A stretch of 64,000 bases of DNA from Felis catus (taxonomy: Eukaryota): NCBI RefSeq assembly GCF_018350175.1, contig NC_058368.1:155994001-156058000 (forward strand). Direction: 5' to 3'. Both the position numbers and the translations under genes were made by a program. The notes under the pieces were generated by a model. The model worked only from the letters and a program-made list of their open reading frames with translations. It was not told the DNA's origin and did no database searches. Shown in pieces: positions 10,956 to 23,439 of the stretch. Positions within the stretch are counted from its first letter, which is position 1. Every line of letters begins with the position of its first letter.

Positions 10956-13900
10956 TTTTCATGGTCAATTGTTTGTTACTAGTATATAGAAATACTGGTT
11001 TTTATCTTGACCTTGTATCCTGCAATCTTCCTAAACTTATTCGTTAAATTTAATAGCTATTTTGTAAATTCCTTAAAGTTTTATACCTATACCATCGTGT
11101 CATCTGCAAATAAGGATAGCTTTATTTCTCCCTTTCCTATTTGCATGCCATTTATTTCCTTTGTCTAATTGCACTGGATAGGACCTTCAGTAAACATTAA
11201 CTAAAAGACATCCTTGCCTCGTTCTTGACCTTAAGTATTTTGTTAGCTGTAGGTTTTTCATAGGGGCCCTTAATCAAGTTGAATAACTTTGCTTTTATTA
11301 CAAGTTTCTGAGAGTTTTTATCATGAAATGATTTCATCCAAGGTTTTTTTACATCTGTTGCAATGACTCCATGGTTTTTCTCCTCTACTCTTATGATATT
11401 GTGAACTGCACTGATTGATTTTCAAGCACATGTAAGTAATTTCCCCTGAACTGGAAAGTGAAGGATAGAACATAAGGACATAACACAATAATTACATTAA
11501 TAATGGAAAATGCAAACATGTGTCCTAATATTACTTATTTATACACTTTTTTTTTTTTAAATCATCACAAAAAGATCAAATGCTACCTATCTGGCTTAGT
11601 ATCAGTTGGGATAGGACCTACTCAAAGAGGAGAAAGTAATGTTTTCCTTGTCTAATTTAAAATTTTTGCAGGCTTATTGAAAGTACTCATTTCCATTTGT
11701 TTTGACAGTACATTAAATAGTTGACAACTCAATACTGCATGTCATTTTGTTTTTATTTCAAGTCATTTGCCTAAAATTACCTTTTTTTTTTTTTTATTTA
11801 GAAAAAGAGCTTGTCTTCAGGTAACTTGTTTGTACCTGATTATGTAGGAAAACTGAATGCCCAGCTAAAAGTTTTACTAGTGGTTCCGTCTTCTTTATAA
11901 TAAAAACAAAAACATTTCTGTGATTAAATGTAACTAGTATTGGGCTACCGCCTGATGCTTTTGATTCTATAAAGTTTAATTTCATTCTAGGGAGAAAACA
12001 TTTTGGTGATTAGGGGCAGGACTAAGCACCCATCCCCACAAAAAACTGCACATAAAATGAAACAATTCATCATGCAAAAAAATAGCCTCCAAAATATACA
12101 GTTTCCTGAAAGGTAAATTATAAAAGTATGCATTTACCCAATCATTTTAAATACCATAATTATACAAGCTGCTCATCAAAAGACTTTTAAGACTCATTAA
12201 AATCATAAAACAATTCTAATTAAATCCATATTTAAGTTCCTATAACCTACATGGTACTTTAAATCAAACAAGAAAAGTTATATAAAAGATCCAATTAATT
12301 GTAAGTTTTTGTAAGAATTAAAGCCTAATTACTCTATGATTAAGTTTCTCCAAAATGTGATCATCAATGGCTCTATTCAGAAGAATTAGCCTTCTGTACC
12401 CCAGATGCCAGCCAATGCTGCAGCCCATCTTTGACACCAGCAAACTTACTCGTCTGAAATCAGCACGACTGGGGAAACTTTACCTCCACCCCCAAGGGGG
12501 ATCCAAGTGGCAAGACCAAACAGAGCCACATATTTTATACAGATAAATGTCTCCCTATCTGCAGAGGTCCTTATCTGATTAAATGGATTTGTATTCATTA
12601 GCAAATTAAAAAAAAAAAAATCCATCCTCAGAGCAAGTTTTGGAAACAATGGTCATTTCAGAGATTCCCAAGTTGGTGGTTAAAGATGCATGAGAAAACA
12701 GTAAGATTTGCAGCTTAAGGAGAAAGAGAACTAGGCCTTTAAAGGGGACAGCACTAAAACATTTCCTTCTAACCATGCAACTCTTCTTACTTACTTAGCT
12801 ACTTGAAATGTTTTTCATTTTTATTAGCCCAACTTCCCACGGGAAAGAAAATAAAAAAGCTCTGTGACATCGCCGCCTCTTGTGTGTTCTCTGAAACTAA
12901 TTAACCCTATGAAGTTATTAGGGCAGCATCATTTTTTTCTATGACATCACACAAGGTGAAGGTCACTTCTATAATATTCTTGCCTTCATTCATGTGGTGC
13001 TTACCCCACAAAATATAATTTATTGTAATTTCCCCAGTGCCCTCATAGCCAAGTGATTAGTTATTATGGTACATAAAAAGTTCAGACGTACAACATATGA
13101 CTTATAGCCTCTATTTCTGATAATCTAATTTTCTTTTATGGTAAAAAGAAATTTACTATTTATGTTTTATAGATTGTTATTTTGAGAAAACGACTATTTA
13201 AAGTTGTCTTCATATGGACACTTGCTGATTGCACAGCATCTGCAAGCTGAAACATCCAAATGGTTGAGATATAAAGGCAGTTCTTTATCCAGTTGACAAG
13301 AACTTTTTCTGAACTACCCTTGTCTGTGCAAGTGGCAGAATGGTTAAATTAGGCTGGAGCTACCTTCCATCTACTCCCCAGACATCAGAGCAAGAAATGG
13401 TGGTTCTAGGCAGATACAGCTGAGTTCAAGTTCCTTCTGCAGCGAGATTTCCTTCCCGTCAGGTACACTGTCCCTGACCTGAAAAACCCCTGCCTCTACC
13501 ATAAAAACATTTCCAGACTTTATAGATGTGGAATTGGTTTTCCTGCATGTTTCTGCTTTTAGAGAAGGGATCTTTTAGAGCCATGACCCTTAAATTCCTG
13601 TAACAAAGTTCCTTTCTCCTTCTCTGCTTATGACTATGTTGTCTTCATTTTAATCGTGCTTACACTTTATTAAATGAATGCCAACTGCAGGTGGTTATAT
13701 TAAAAATGTTTTCTATTCTAAGAGAGAGCACCCCATCCTAGTTGATTTGAAAGATTCTTCTGAAGGGTAAGGTCAGCACACAGTCATTACAAAGAGGAAA
13801 TCTGAACAGGCTTAGGTTGGTGAAAGAATAGGTGGTCGATTTATCCTGCTCCTGGTAAAGAGATAAAGACATGAAAGAAGCTGCATCTACCAGAGTAGAC

Positions 13901-14001
13901 TGCCAAGACCCAAAGGAAGCCTGTCTGCCTATATCGGGTGTAAAAGGGGACCGTACTCATGATGCCTAGTGGTCAGAATGCTGCATTGGTAAGCCACAGA
14001 G

Positions 14002-14236
14002 CTAATAGTAATCGCTGTTAACCCTTCAGTACTTACTAAGCACTTTATATATATTGACTCATTCAGTCCTCACCATGAAGAAGTAGTTAATATTATATTC
14101 ACATTTTATAACTAAAGAAACTGAAGCCCTGAGAGGTTAAGTAATTTGTCCACACTTACATAATTGTAAATAACAGAGCAGGAATATGAACCCAATCAGT
14201 CTGGCTTTAGTATTTATGCTTTTAAGCATGCATACT
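14002..14236 (-). mobile_element. MIR SINE
   Basis: gaaactgaagccctgagaggttaagtaatttgtcc core. Confidence 0.8.
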
Positions 14237-14274
14237 GCTCTTTCAATTCTTTCTATTCTGTATTTATTTAATTG

Positions 14275-14510
14275 AATAGCAAATACTTAATTGCACTTTA
14301 AGTATGTCAGGTACTCATCTAAGAATTTTATAGACATTAAATCTACTTAGTTCTCACAGCCCTATGAAATATGTACTACTGAAATATGTACTATGTATTA
14401 TTCCCGTTTTTCAGAGTAGAAAACTAAGGCACAGAGAGATTGATTAATTTGCAAAGGTTATGAAACTACTAAATGGGAGAGGCTGGGTTTGAACCAAGAT
14501 GGTCTAGTTC
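14275..14510 (-). mobile_element. MIR SINE
   Basis: aaaactaaggcacagagagattgattaatttgc core; internal 14-bp duplication tgaaatatgtacta. Confidence 0.78.
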
Positions 14511-14814
14511 TGTTTATTTTCTTCTGTTGTTTCCTAGTACTTTGTAAAGTCTTTTCTTAAAGATTTAGCCTGTCCCAGTTGTTCTAAGAGTGAATAAAAT
14601 TAGTTGTTCTGGACAAAACACAAAAAGAGGTGTTATGTGAGTCTAGGCATCAGGATGTGGAGGCAGGAGATGAGGAGCAGAAAGAAAATCATCTGTACAA
14701 GTGAGCCCAAGGGAAAGGCAGAACCAACAGAAGCAGAACAGATGGTCAGCGTTCTTCCTCAAACAATGCTTCTCCTTCCAGGGCTCACTTTGGGTATACT
14801 GGTTTCATTCTTCT

Positions 14815-15057
14815 TCTTCTTCTTCCTTTTTTTTTTTTTTTTTTTAAAGTTTACTTATTTTTGAGAGAGAGAAAGAGAGACTATGTGTGCACATGCTTGC
14901 AGGTTAGGAAGGAGCAGAGAGAGGCAGGGCACAGAGGGTCCAAAGCAGACTCCACACTGACAGCAGAAACCCAGATGCGGGGCTCGAACTGAAACCATGA
15001 GATCATTACCTGAGCTGAAGTCAGATTCTTAACCAATTGAACCATCCAGATGCCTCC
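14815..15057 (-). mobile_element. CanSINE
   Basis: Minus-strand head near 15056; TSD gtttcattcttct at 14802-14814 and 15059-15071. Confidence 0.92.
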
Positions 15058-15089
15058 AGTTTCATTCTTCTAAGGGAGGAGCAGCTACT

Positions 15090-15560
15090 CATAGACCACC
15101 TCCTTTCTTTGCCCTCCTCAGGCTTCTGGCTACCCCCTCTTGCTTAAAGGCCATTCTTTCATTGGCCTCCACACCACTATCCTAGCTTTTCTCCTAATAT
15201 TCTGACCACCCCTGTTGTGGATTGATTTTTGATTGGGCTTCTTCTGCTTTCTACTCTGTAACTAGATAGTATCCTCCACACACTCAGTGTTTGGTCTGTG
15301 CTCTCTCCTCTCTCACTGACAGCTCATTGGATTTAACTATTACTGTGAGGCTGATGACCTCCAAATCTTTCAAAACGCCCTTTCAAACGCCCTTTCAAAA
15401 CGCCACCCCCACCCCCCCCATCTCTAGCTATGCAAGACGTATTCTCACTCAGACATCTTGTTACCTCAAGTCTTGGAAATCCAAAATGAAACCAATTGTC
15501 TGTCTCCAAACATCTCCCCTGCCATCTGCTCCTGTCACTGTCAGGCCACAGCAGTGGAAC
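15090..15560 (+). mobile_element. L2 LINE fragment
   Basis: Pyrimidine-rich L2 motifs (gctgatgacctccaaatc, tccaaaatgaaacc); boundaries approximate. Confidence 0.55.
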
Positions 15561-15654
15561 TGATTGGCCTCACCTCCTAACTTGCTGTTACTCATTCATG
15601 CCTCTGTTTCTGCTCAGGTTCTTTCCCCTAGCAAGGTTCCATCTTCTTACTCCC

Positions 15655-16024
15655 TGCTATAGACTGCATGTTTGTCTTCTTCCAGAATTCATACATTGAA
15701 ACCTCATCCCTGATGTGATGGTATTTGGAGGTGGGACCTTTGGGAGGTGAACAGGTCATAAAGATGGAGCCCTCATGAATGGGATTAGTGCCCTTATAAA
15801 AGAGGCCCCAGAGAACTCCCTTGTCCTTTCCACTATGTAAGGACACAGTAAGAAGACAGCTGTCTGTGAACCAGAAAGTGGGTTCGCAGCAGACACCAAA
15901 TTGCAGATGCCATGATCTTATACTTCTCAGCCCTAAAAACATTGAGAAATCAATGTTTGTTGTTTATTAGCCACCCAGTTTTTGGTATTTGGTTATACCA
16001 CCCCCAAACAGACTAAGTAAGACA
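15655..16024 (+). mobile_element. MLT1A/MLT1A0-like MaLR solo LTR
   Basis: tgctatagactg...gtatttggaggtggg...gccctcatgaatgggattagtgcccttataaaagag...agactaag..aca with TG/CA ends. Confidence 0.88.
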
Positions 16025-16249
16025 CTTTTAATCCTCTCCATATTTATAGACGCTTGTTAACTTTCTACAAAATCTTTTCTGATTACTTCAGCTTTCAGTG
16101 ACTCTAAACTCCTTCACATTTAATGTCCGTATTGCAAAATGCAACATCTAATTAATTCTGTCTTGCATTTTTTTCCATGTATCCATCTGGGTCCTAAACT
16201 AATCTTAGCTGAGCATATATACTATACATCAGGACTGTGGTACTCTCTG

Positions 16250-18863
16250 CATTAAAAGAATTATTCAGCACCATCAAGTGGGATTTATTCTTGGGCTGCA
16301 GGTGTGGTTCAGTATCCACAAATCAATCAACATGATTCACCACATTAATAAAAGGATAAGAACCATATGATCTTGTAGCAAAAAAAAAAAAAAATTTCTA
16401 GCATTTGACAAAATACAGCATCCATTCTTGATAAAACCCTCTATAAAATAGGAATAGAGGGAACATACCTCAACCTCATAAAGGCCATATACGAAAACCC
16501 CATGGCTAATATCATCCTCAATGGAGAAAAACTAAGAGTTTTTCCTCTCTGGGCAGGAACAAGACAAGGATGTCCACTCTCACCATTACTATTTAACATA
16601 GTACTGGAAGTCCTAGCTTCAGAAATCAGACAACAAAAGGCAATAAAAGGCATCCAAATTGTCAAGAAAAAAGTAAAACTTTCACTATTTGCAGATGACA
16701 TGATACTCTATATAGAAAACCTAAAAGACTCCACCAAAGAATTGTTAGAATACCTGAATTCAGCAAAGTCAAAGGATATAAAATCAATGTACAGAAATTT
16801 GTTGCATTTGTATGCACCAAATATGAAGCAGCAGAAAAATCAAGGAATTGATTCCATTCACAATTGCATCAAAACAATAAGATACCTAGGAGTAAACCTC
16901 CCCAAAGAGGTGAAAGATGTGTACTCTGAAAACTGTAGAACACTTGTGAAGGAAACTGAAGAGGACACAAAGAAATGGAAAAATATTCCATGCTTATGGA
17001 TTGGAAGAACAAACATCATTTAAATGTCTATACTACCCAAAGCTATCTACTCATTTAATGCAATCCCTATTAAAATACCACCAGCATTTTTCACAGAGAT
17101 AGAACAAACAATCCTTAAATTTGTATAGAACTACAGAAGACCCTTAATAGCCAAAGAACCCTGAAAAAGCAAAGCAAAGCTGGGGGCATCATGATTCCAG
17201 ACTTCAGGCTTTATGGCTAAGCTGTAGTCATAACAGTATGGTACTGGCACAAAAACAGACACTTAGACCCATAAAACAGAAACCCAGAAATGGACACACA
17301 ACTATATGGTCAATTAATCTTTGACAGTGCAGGAAAGAATATCCAATGGAAAAAGTCTCTTCAACAAATGGTGTTGAGGAAAACAGACAGCGACATGCAT
17401 AAGAATGAAACTGGACCACTTTCTTATGCCATACACTAAAAAGAATTCAAAATGGATGAAAGACCTAACTGTGAGACAGGGAACCATCAAAATCCTGGAG
17501 GAGAACACAGGCAGCAATCTCTGTGACCTTGGCCAGAACAACTTCTTAGTACACATTGTCACCAGAGGCAAGAGAAACAAAAGCAAAAATGAGCTATTGG
17601 GACTTCATCAAGAAAAAGCTTCTGTACAGTGAAAGAAACAACAAAACTAAAAGGCAGCCTACGGAATGGAGGAAGATATTTGCAAATGACATATCTGATA
17701 AAGGGTTGGTATCCAATATACATAAAGAACTTCTCAAACTCAACACCCAGAAAACATATAATCCAGTGAAGAAATGGGCAGAATACCTGAATAGACATTT
17801 CTCCAAAGAAGACATCAGATGGCTAACAGACACATGAAAAGATGCTAACCATCACTCATCATCACAGAAATGCAAATCAAAACCACGATGAGATACTACC
17901 TCATACCTGTCAGAATGGCTAAATTTAACAACACAAGAAACAGCAGGTGTTGGTGAGGATGTGGAGAAAGGGGAACACTTTTGCGCTGTTGGTAGGAATG
18001 CAAACTGGTGCATTCACTCTGGAAAACAGTATGGAGGCTCCTCAAAAAGTTAAAAATAGAGGAGCACCTGGGTGGCTTAGTTCAGCATCTGACTCTTGAT
18101 TTTGTCTCAGGTCATAATCTCATGGTTCATGAGATCAAGTCCTGTGTTTGGCTCTGTGCTGACAGTAGCAGAGCCTGCTTGGGATTCTCTCATTCCCTCT
18201 TTCTCTGTCCCTCCCCTGTTCTCTCTCTCAATATAAATAAACTTTATTTAAAGAAAAAAGTTAAAAATAGAACTGCCCTACGACCCAGCAATTACACTAC
18301 TAGGTATTTACCCAAGGGATACAAAAATACAGATTCAAAGGGATACATGCATCGTGATGTTTATAGCAGCATTATCAACAATAGCCAAATTGTGGAAAGA
18401 GCCCAAATGTGTCCACCAACTGATGAATGGGTAAAGATGTGGTTATATATACATAAAATGGAATACTACCCAGCCATCAAAAAGAATGAAATCTTGACAT
18501 TTGCAACAATGTGGATGGAGCCAGAGTGTATTATGCTAAGTGAAATATGTCGTTCAAAGAAAGACAAATACTCCTTTGTGGAATTTAAGAAACAAAACAG
18601 ATGAACATATGGGGTGGGGGAGAAATAAAGAAAAAAGAGGGAAACAAACCATAAGATACTCTTAAAGATAGCAAACTGAGGGTTGATGGAGGGAGGGAGT
18701 GGGGGAATAGACTAAATGAGTAATGGGTATTCAGGTGGGCACTTGTTATGATGGGCACTGGCTGTCGTAAGTGATGAGTCACTGAATTCTGCTTCTGAAA
18801 CCAATATTGCACTATATGTGAACTAACTAGAATTTAAATAAAACTTTGAAAAGAAAAACAAAA
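16250..18863 (+). mobile_element. 5'-truncated carnivore L1: ORF2 RT domain through 3' UTR, inactivated
   Basis: [21 protein letters not shown] and LFADDMI RT motifs in ORF 16502-17023; many frameshifts; AATAAA and A tail; diverged TSD aggactgtggtactctctg / aggactgggtgactgtctg. Confidence 0.96.
18061..18254 (+). mobile_element. CanSINE inserted into the L1
   Basis: Perfect 17-bp TSD aaaaagttaaaaataga at 18044-18060 and 18255-18271. Confidence 0.95.
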
Positions 18864-19539
18864 AGGACTGGGTGACTGTCTGAACATCATTCTACCAGAT
18901 CTTCATTATAGCTCTGTGGGGTCTCATTCTCAAAATAAGAGATAAAAATGCTGAGATTAAGAGAGAGAAAGTGCTTTACTCAAACTCATGGGGCAAAACA
19001 GCCCAGGTAAACTTCATACTCATTTCTGTCTGAGGACAACTCAGATCTTTCCTCTTTGTGTTGACTGAGTCCAATTTCTTTAAACTAATTTTCTAAATCC
19101 CTGAGTTTGATTTCTTGTCCCTATGAAAGAATGTGGGTTATAATCTGGAGCATATGTGCAAGTATTATCTTCAGTCTTGTTCTAGACAACATAAGGCATA
19201 AATACATACATGTAGCATCAATGATTTCCACTTAAAAATCCAGTAAGTTCTAATATACATTTTAAGTTGATTTCATATTAATGTAGAATAAAATATATAA
19301 TGTTTTAAATGTTATTCCATTTGAAATATTTGAGAACCAATAAAAGCACATATATGCTATAGTCATGTATAGTACAAATTTGTATAAAATTAATGTTTAA
19401 AAGTATATTTATAGAACCTCAGACAAATTTAATTGCCAGTCATTGATTTATAGCTCTCTTTTTGAAGCTTTTTCTTCCTTAACAGGATGTGGCTGCATTC
19501 TACCTAGTGATTTTACTGATGGATAACTTAAAATAGTGG

Positions 19540-19720
19540 GAGATGCTGTTGGAAATCTGTGCCCTGCAGCCTGATCACCAATGGCCAGCACCTGCATCTG
19601 TATAAGAGGGCTGGCTTCAGGCTGCTGGAATCTACTCTGCCAGTATGGAACAGTCCAAATAAAACAGAATCAGAGCTTGAACTCATGACCACTGACCTCT
19701 GACCTGGATGAAGTTACACA
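19540..19720 (-). mobile_element. Probable MamSINE1 (ancient tRNA-derived SINE)
   Basis: Minus strand GAGGTCA..GGTCATGAGTTCAA (B box)...CTGTTCCAT...GCCAGCCCTCT...CAGATGC...GCCATTGGT is colinear with the recalled MamSINE1 consensus. Confidence 0.5.
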
Positions 19721-20890
19721 TCTCATTCTACATTTACCATATTAAACCAATCCACAAAGAAAAAAACTTCCTAGAACAGTATATTATCTCCTATTTCTAT
19801 TCCTTGTCTTTCTGCTTCCTTCTATAGAAACTCCTCTTCTTGATCTGTCTTTCCCCTGCTATGTTCCCCACTAATAGAGCACATTTCCATCACTCCTTGG
19901 ATCTACTACTTCCCATGACCTTAAGTTGTCAACTTCTTTGAATTTTTAAAGATCATTCCTTTTATTAAACTATAGTAGCATCTGCATAAAATGTATTTTA
20001 CCAAAGCATGATCTGTAAAACCTAAAAAATGAAGACAGCAAGTGTTGGAGGCTATGAGGGTGACCCAGAGAATCCTTGGTCAATAGAAGGACAGGAGGCA
20101 GCAGTCATTGGGTAAGGTGCCTTTCTTTTAATAAAATGCACTAGGGACTCAGTGCCCATAGCCCTGTTCTCAGCATGGCCAGGAGGAAGCAAGCATTTAC
20201 ATAGCTACTCAACACTGAAAGGCTACTGTCAGTTGCATCTCTTGCAACTAAAATATGAATGTAAGGATTGTCAAAATGGGGAGAGATGTAGGTGAGGAAG
20301 AAAACATCACAAGGGGAGCGTATGTAGATTAGATGTCTTGCCCTGCTGTGCTACATTTGCGGTACATGAACACAGGAAGGGGAGGGCACATCTCTGTATT
20401 GTTTGCATGTGCTGGGCTTAAAAAATGAATATTACTGTGCTTTTAAGGTAGATTATGCCAACGATGTGGCTTAAGTAGTGATTTCTGCCAGTGTCAGGGT
20501 CCTGGCTAGAGACAGGAGGAACAGGCTATTAACACCTGCAATGCCAATGCTTTTTGTTTCTGGTTAGAGAGAAGCTCCTGCACCAGGAAACACACCAAAG
20601 CAGATACCAAGGACTGGGGAGAAGGGTGTGGTTTCCCAAATAGACGTGTAAATATGGCAAGAGTTGGTGCCTTTTTATCTGAGAGTTGGTGCAATAGAAC
20701 CCAGTGACTCAGTCAATCTGGGAAAGAGCCTCAATGCTGTCAGTTAAGTCATCATTTCACATGGAGCTTTGCTGCAATTTTCACTGCAGTTTTTGTGAAC
20801 TCAATTAACTCGTATGGAACATTGCTCCAGCTGACTAGATGCAAATGGTCCTGGTTATCATATGGTAACTCCCACCTAACAGAAACTTGC

Positions 20891-20960
20891 TTTTTTTTTT
20901 TTAATGTAAGTTCTATGCCAAGTCACATGCTGTTACCAATTGAGCCATCCAGGCACTCCA
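20891..20960 (-). mobile_element. Short tRNA-Lys-like CanSINE, internally deleted
   Basis: T tail plus gtaagttctatgcc...catgctgttaccaattgagccatccaggcactcc. Confidence 0.7.
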
Positions 20961-20989
20961 AAATGGTGACTCTTTACAAAAAATAAATA

Positions 20990-21066
20990 AATTAACTCAA
21001 TGTGGGGCTCGAATTCCCAACCTCAAGATCAAGAGTTGCATGCTCTACAAACCGAGCCAGCCAGGA
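20990..21066 (-). mobile_element. Short tRNA-Lys-like CanSINE
   Basis: caatgtggggctcgaattcccaacctcaagatcaagagttgcatgctctac...gagccagccagg is the reverse complement of a diverged tRNA-Lys-like head. Confidence 0.8.
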
Positions 21067-23439
21067 ACTGTTGCTTTTGAATGTTCTGTCTCAGAGCCTG
21101 TTGTTCTGAGACAGTGGTCTTTAATTCAGAGCATCATGGGTGGCATTTTGAGTATCATTCCTAAGATATTGGTACCACAGTTCTGTTTTCTTACAACTAT
21201 CCCTGTCTGTCCTCACCTGAACAAAGGCCCTAGTTTTAATGATGGCGTCCACATGTACACACAGACATAAAGGGTTCATTATTTCTAATCGAAGAACAGA
21301 AACTTAGAGAAATAAAGCATTACCTGCCATTTTCGTGATCAACACTTGCAATAGAGAGCATAAATGCTTCACTTTACAGAAATAGCTAGACCTTTGTGAA
21401 CCCTCCCAGTGATTAATTAGGAAGCCTGTCTTACAGATTTTTCTCTCAGGTGTAGTAACCTTGTAGCCCTTACCATTAAGAACTAATAAATAAATGCTTG
21501 GTTAAGCATAAACAGGGTGATAGGCAGTGAAAGAATGATGATCTTGGTTTTTATGCAATATGCTCACTCTGTCATTTTACCTTGGAGGACAAAATAATAT
21601 ACAGAACCAAAAGTTACAAAAGCAACTACAGTGAGCAATTTGTTAGTATCCACTTAAAAATGTTAATAGCCCTCACTATGAAAGATCTTTGTGGTTAATC
21701 ATGTAATATGATTAATTCTAAAAAATTCATGATTTTAAGAAAGTGTTTCAAATTTTGCAATTAAACTGAAGACATGTACTAGGTAAAGACATCTAGAGGG
21801 TGATCAGATGTTTAAATTTACTGTAAAAATAGGAAGTAAACTAGATCACAAAGCAAGTACTCAAAATCACATGGAAGCCTGCCCATTTAGCAAATATTTG
21901 AGTAGCCGATTTGCACAAATGTTGTAAGTGACCTATCATATTAAACACAACTCCTCATCTCCTTCCCATATATTTTATGCCAGTAAACCCAGATAACTGC
22001 CAAAGGCTCCCATCATCCTTTTTAAATAAACTTTAGAAAGTAATATGTCAAGCTGGGAACTTTGACAATCATGAAATGTCATCTTAATCTTCAAAATTTT
22101 AACTTCTTTCATGAACATGACAATAAAAAGTAGTTAACGTCATTACAGCTTTGCAGTCAGAATCCCACAAACATGACAGTGTACTTAGAAAAAAAATTCA
22201 AACTAGCTGATGACAAAATATTTGGATAACTATCTGAATCTATAAATAACTAATTCATCCTAAAAGGATCTTTAGAGCAGCAACAAATTATTTTATAAAA
22301 TCTAGGACACAATATGTGAGTCAGATCATTCACTTTTGTTCCTGGTGCAATGTGGGTTATGAAAATCTGATAAACTTGTACTTCTTTGAAAATTGCCAGC
22401 TCAGTCAAGAATTTCCCTTAAACCAAAATAGGACTTGAGACATACACAAAAATATATTCTTTAGGTAGAATAAAGAGTTCAGATCTACATTTTGCTCTCT
22501 CAAGCCCACAAAAAGTATCTCCCAAAGATGCTGCCTTATATCTTGAATAATTCCTAAATAAAAAATTGCTGATTTACTTGGATAAGAGAGCCCTGGATTA
22601 GGTGTGAACAGGGAGTAAGAGAGCTACCTAAAAATATCACAGATCTTTGCAAATCCTCTTTCTGTTACACAGAATGTTAGCATGGCCCTTGCATTCAAAC
22701 AAATGCAAAAAACTAAAGACCATTAAATAAACTGTAAGCTCTTTTTGCAAAAAACAACTTTAGCTTTCTTTGTAATTCTTCCAAAGATTAACATGGTGCC
22801 ACTGTGAGCTTCCTACATACACTGATCAAATGGGTCTTACCTTCCCCCACCCAGGAACAAATGAAAAGGAAGAATATCCAAAAGACAACATCAGAAAGAT
22901 GCTCCGGTTTTCTGGGTATTTAATTAATATCCACTTTTCTGGATATTTTAAACTGTTCATTAATAAAACTATTTATATGCTCTCATCTATAGAGAGCAGT
23001 TAATAGTGACTAAAATCTCACTACCCAGAAATAACTTCAATATTTGGTGAATGTCTTTCTAAGCATCTATGTTCATACAAAAACATAGAAAAATTTTTAA
23101 ATAGGATAATTTTATAAATGATGGCTTTAATAACAAATAACAAAGAAAAAAGTGAAGTGAAAGGGAAAAATGGACTTCTGAGAACTGTTTCCTCACTGAA
23201 TTGTTAGAATTCCTTAAAAAATCCTTTAAATTTATTTAAGGAAAAAAAATACTATGAAAGAACTAGAAGTGGCTGAAGTCCGTGCTTAAAAAGCATCTCT
23301 TGAAAGCAGAAGGAAAAGGATATGCTGACACATCAGTGGTCCTGCCTACCACTTCCCTTTTTCTCCACTCTTCAGTAGTTTATGTATGTGTGTGGGCACA
23401 CTTATGTATGTATTTACACTTTCAGGATTTATAACATTC

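Larger units (their letters stand above)
7950..11430 (-). mobile_element. Old L1M-type LINE (3' UTR plus ORF2 remnant) hosting younger insertions
   Basis: Long T-rich L1 antisense sequence (ccagcaatgtatggaagttcc, tcatctgcaaataaggatagc, ttggattttgattggggttgcatagaattt), interrupted by one L1 and three SINEs. Confidence 0.85.

Noticed and set aside
12866..12885. CTCF-like site (others near 7695, 35574 and 44865)
   Set aside because: Each misses key core positions or spacing.
16502..17023. 173-aa reverse-transcriptase ORF as a functional gene or retron-like system
   Set aside because: It is a frameshifted fragment of a 5'-truncated L1 ORF2 with TSDs and an inserted SINE.
18008..18604. Longest ORF (198 aa)
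   Set aside because: Chance read-through of L1 ORF2, a CanSINE and partly out-of-frame L1.
20990..21066. tRNA-Lys gene
   Set aside because: Many mismatches disrupt the stems; typical of a tRNA-derived CanSINE.
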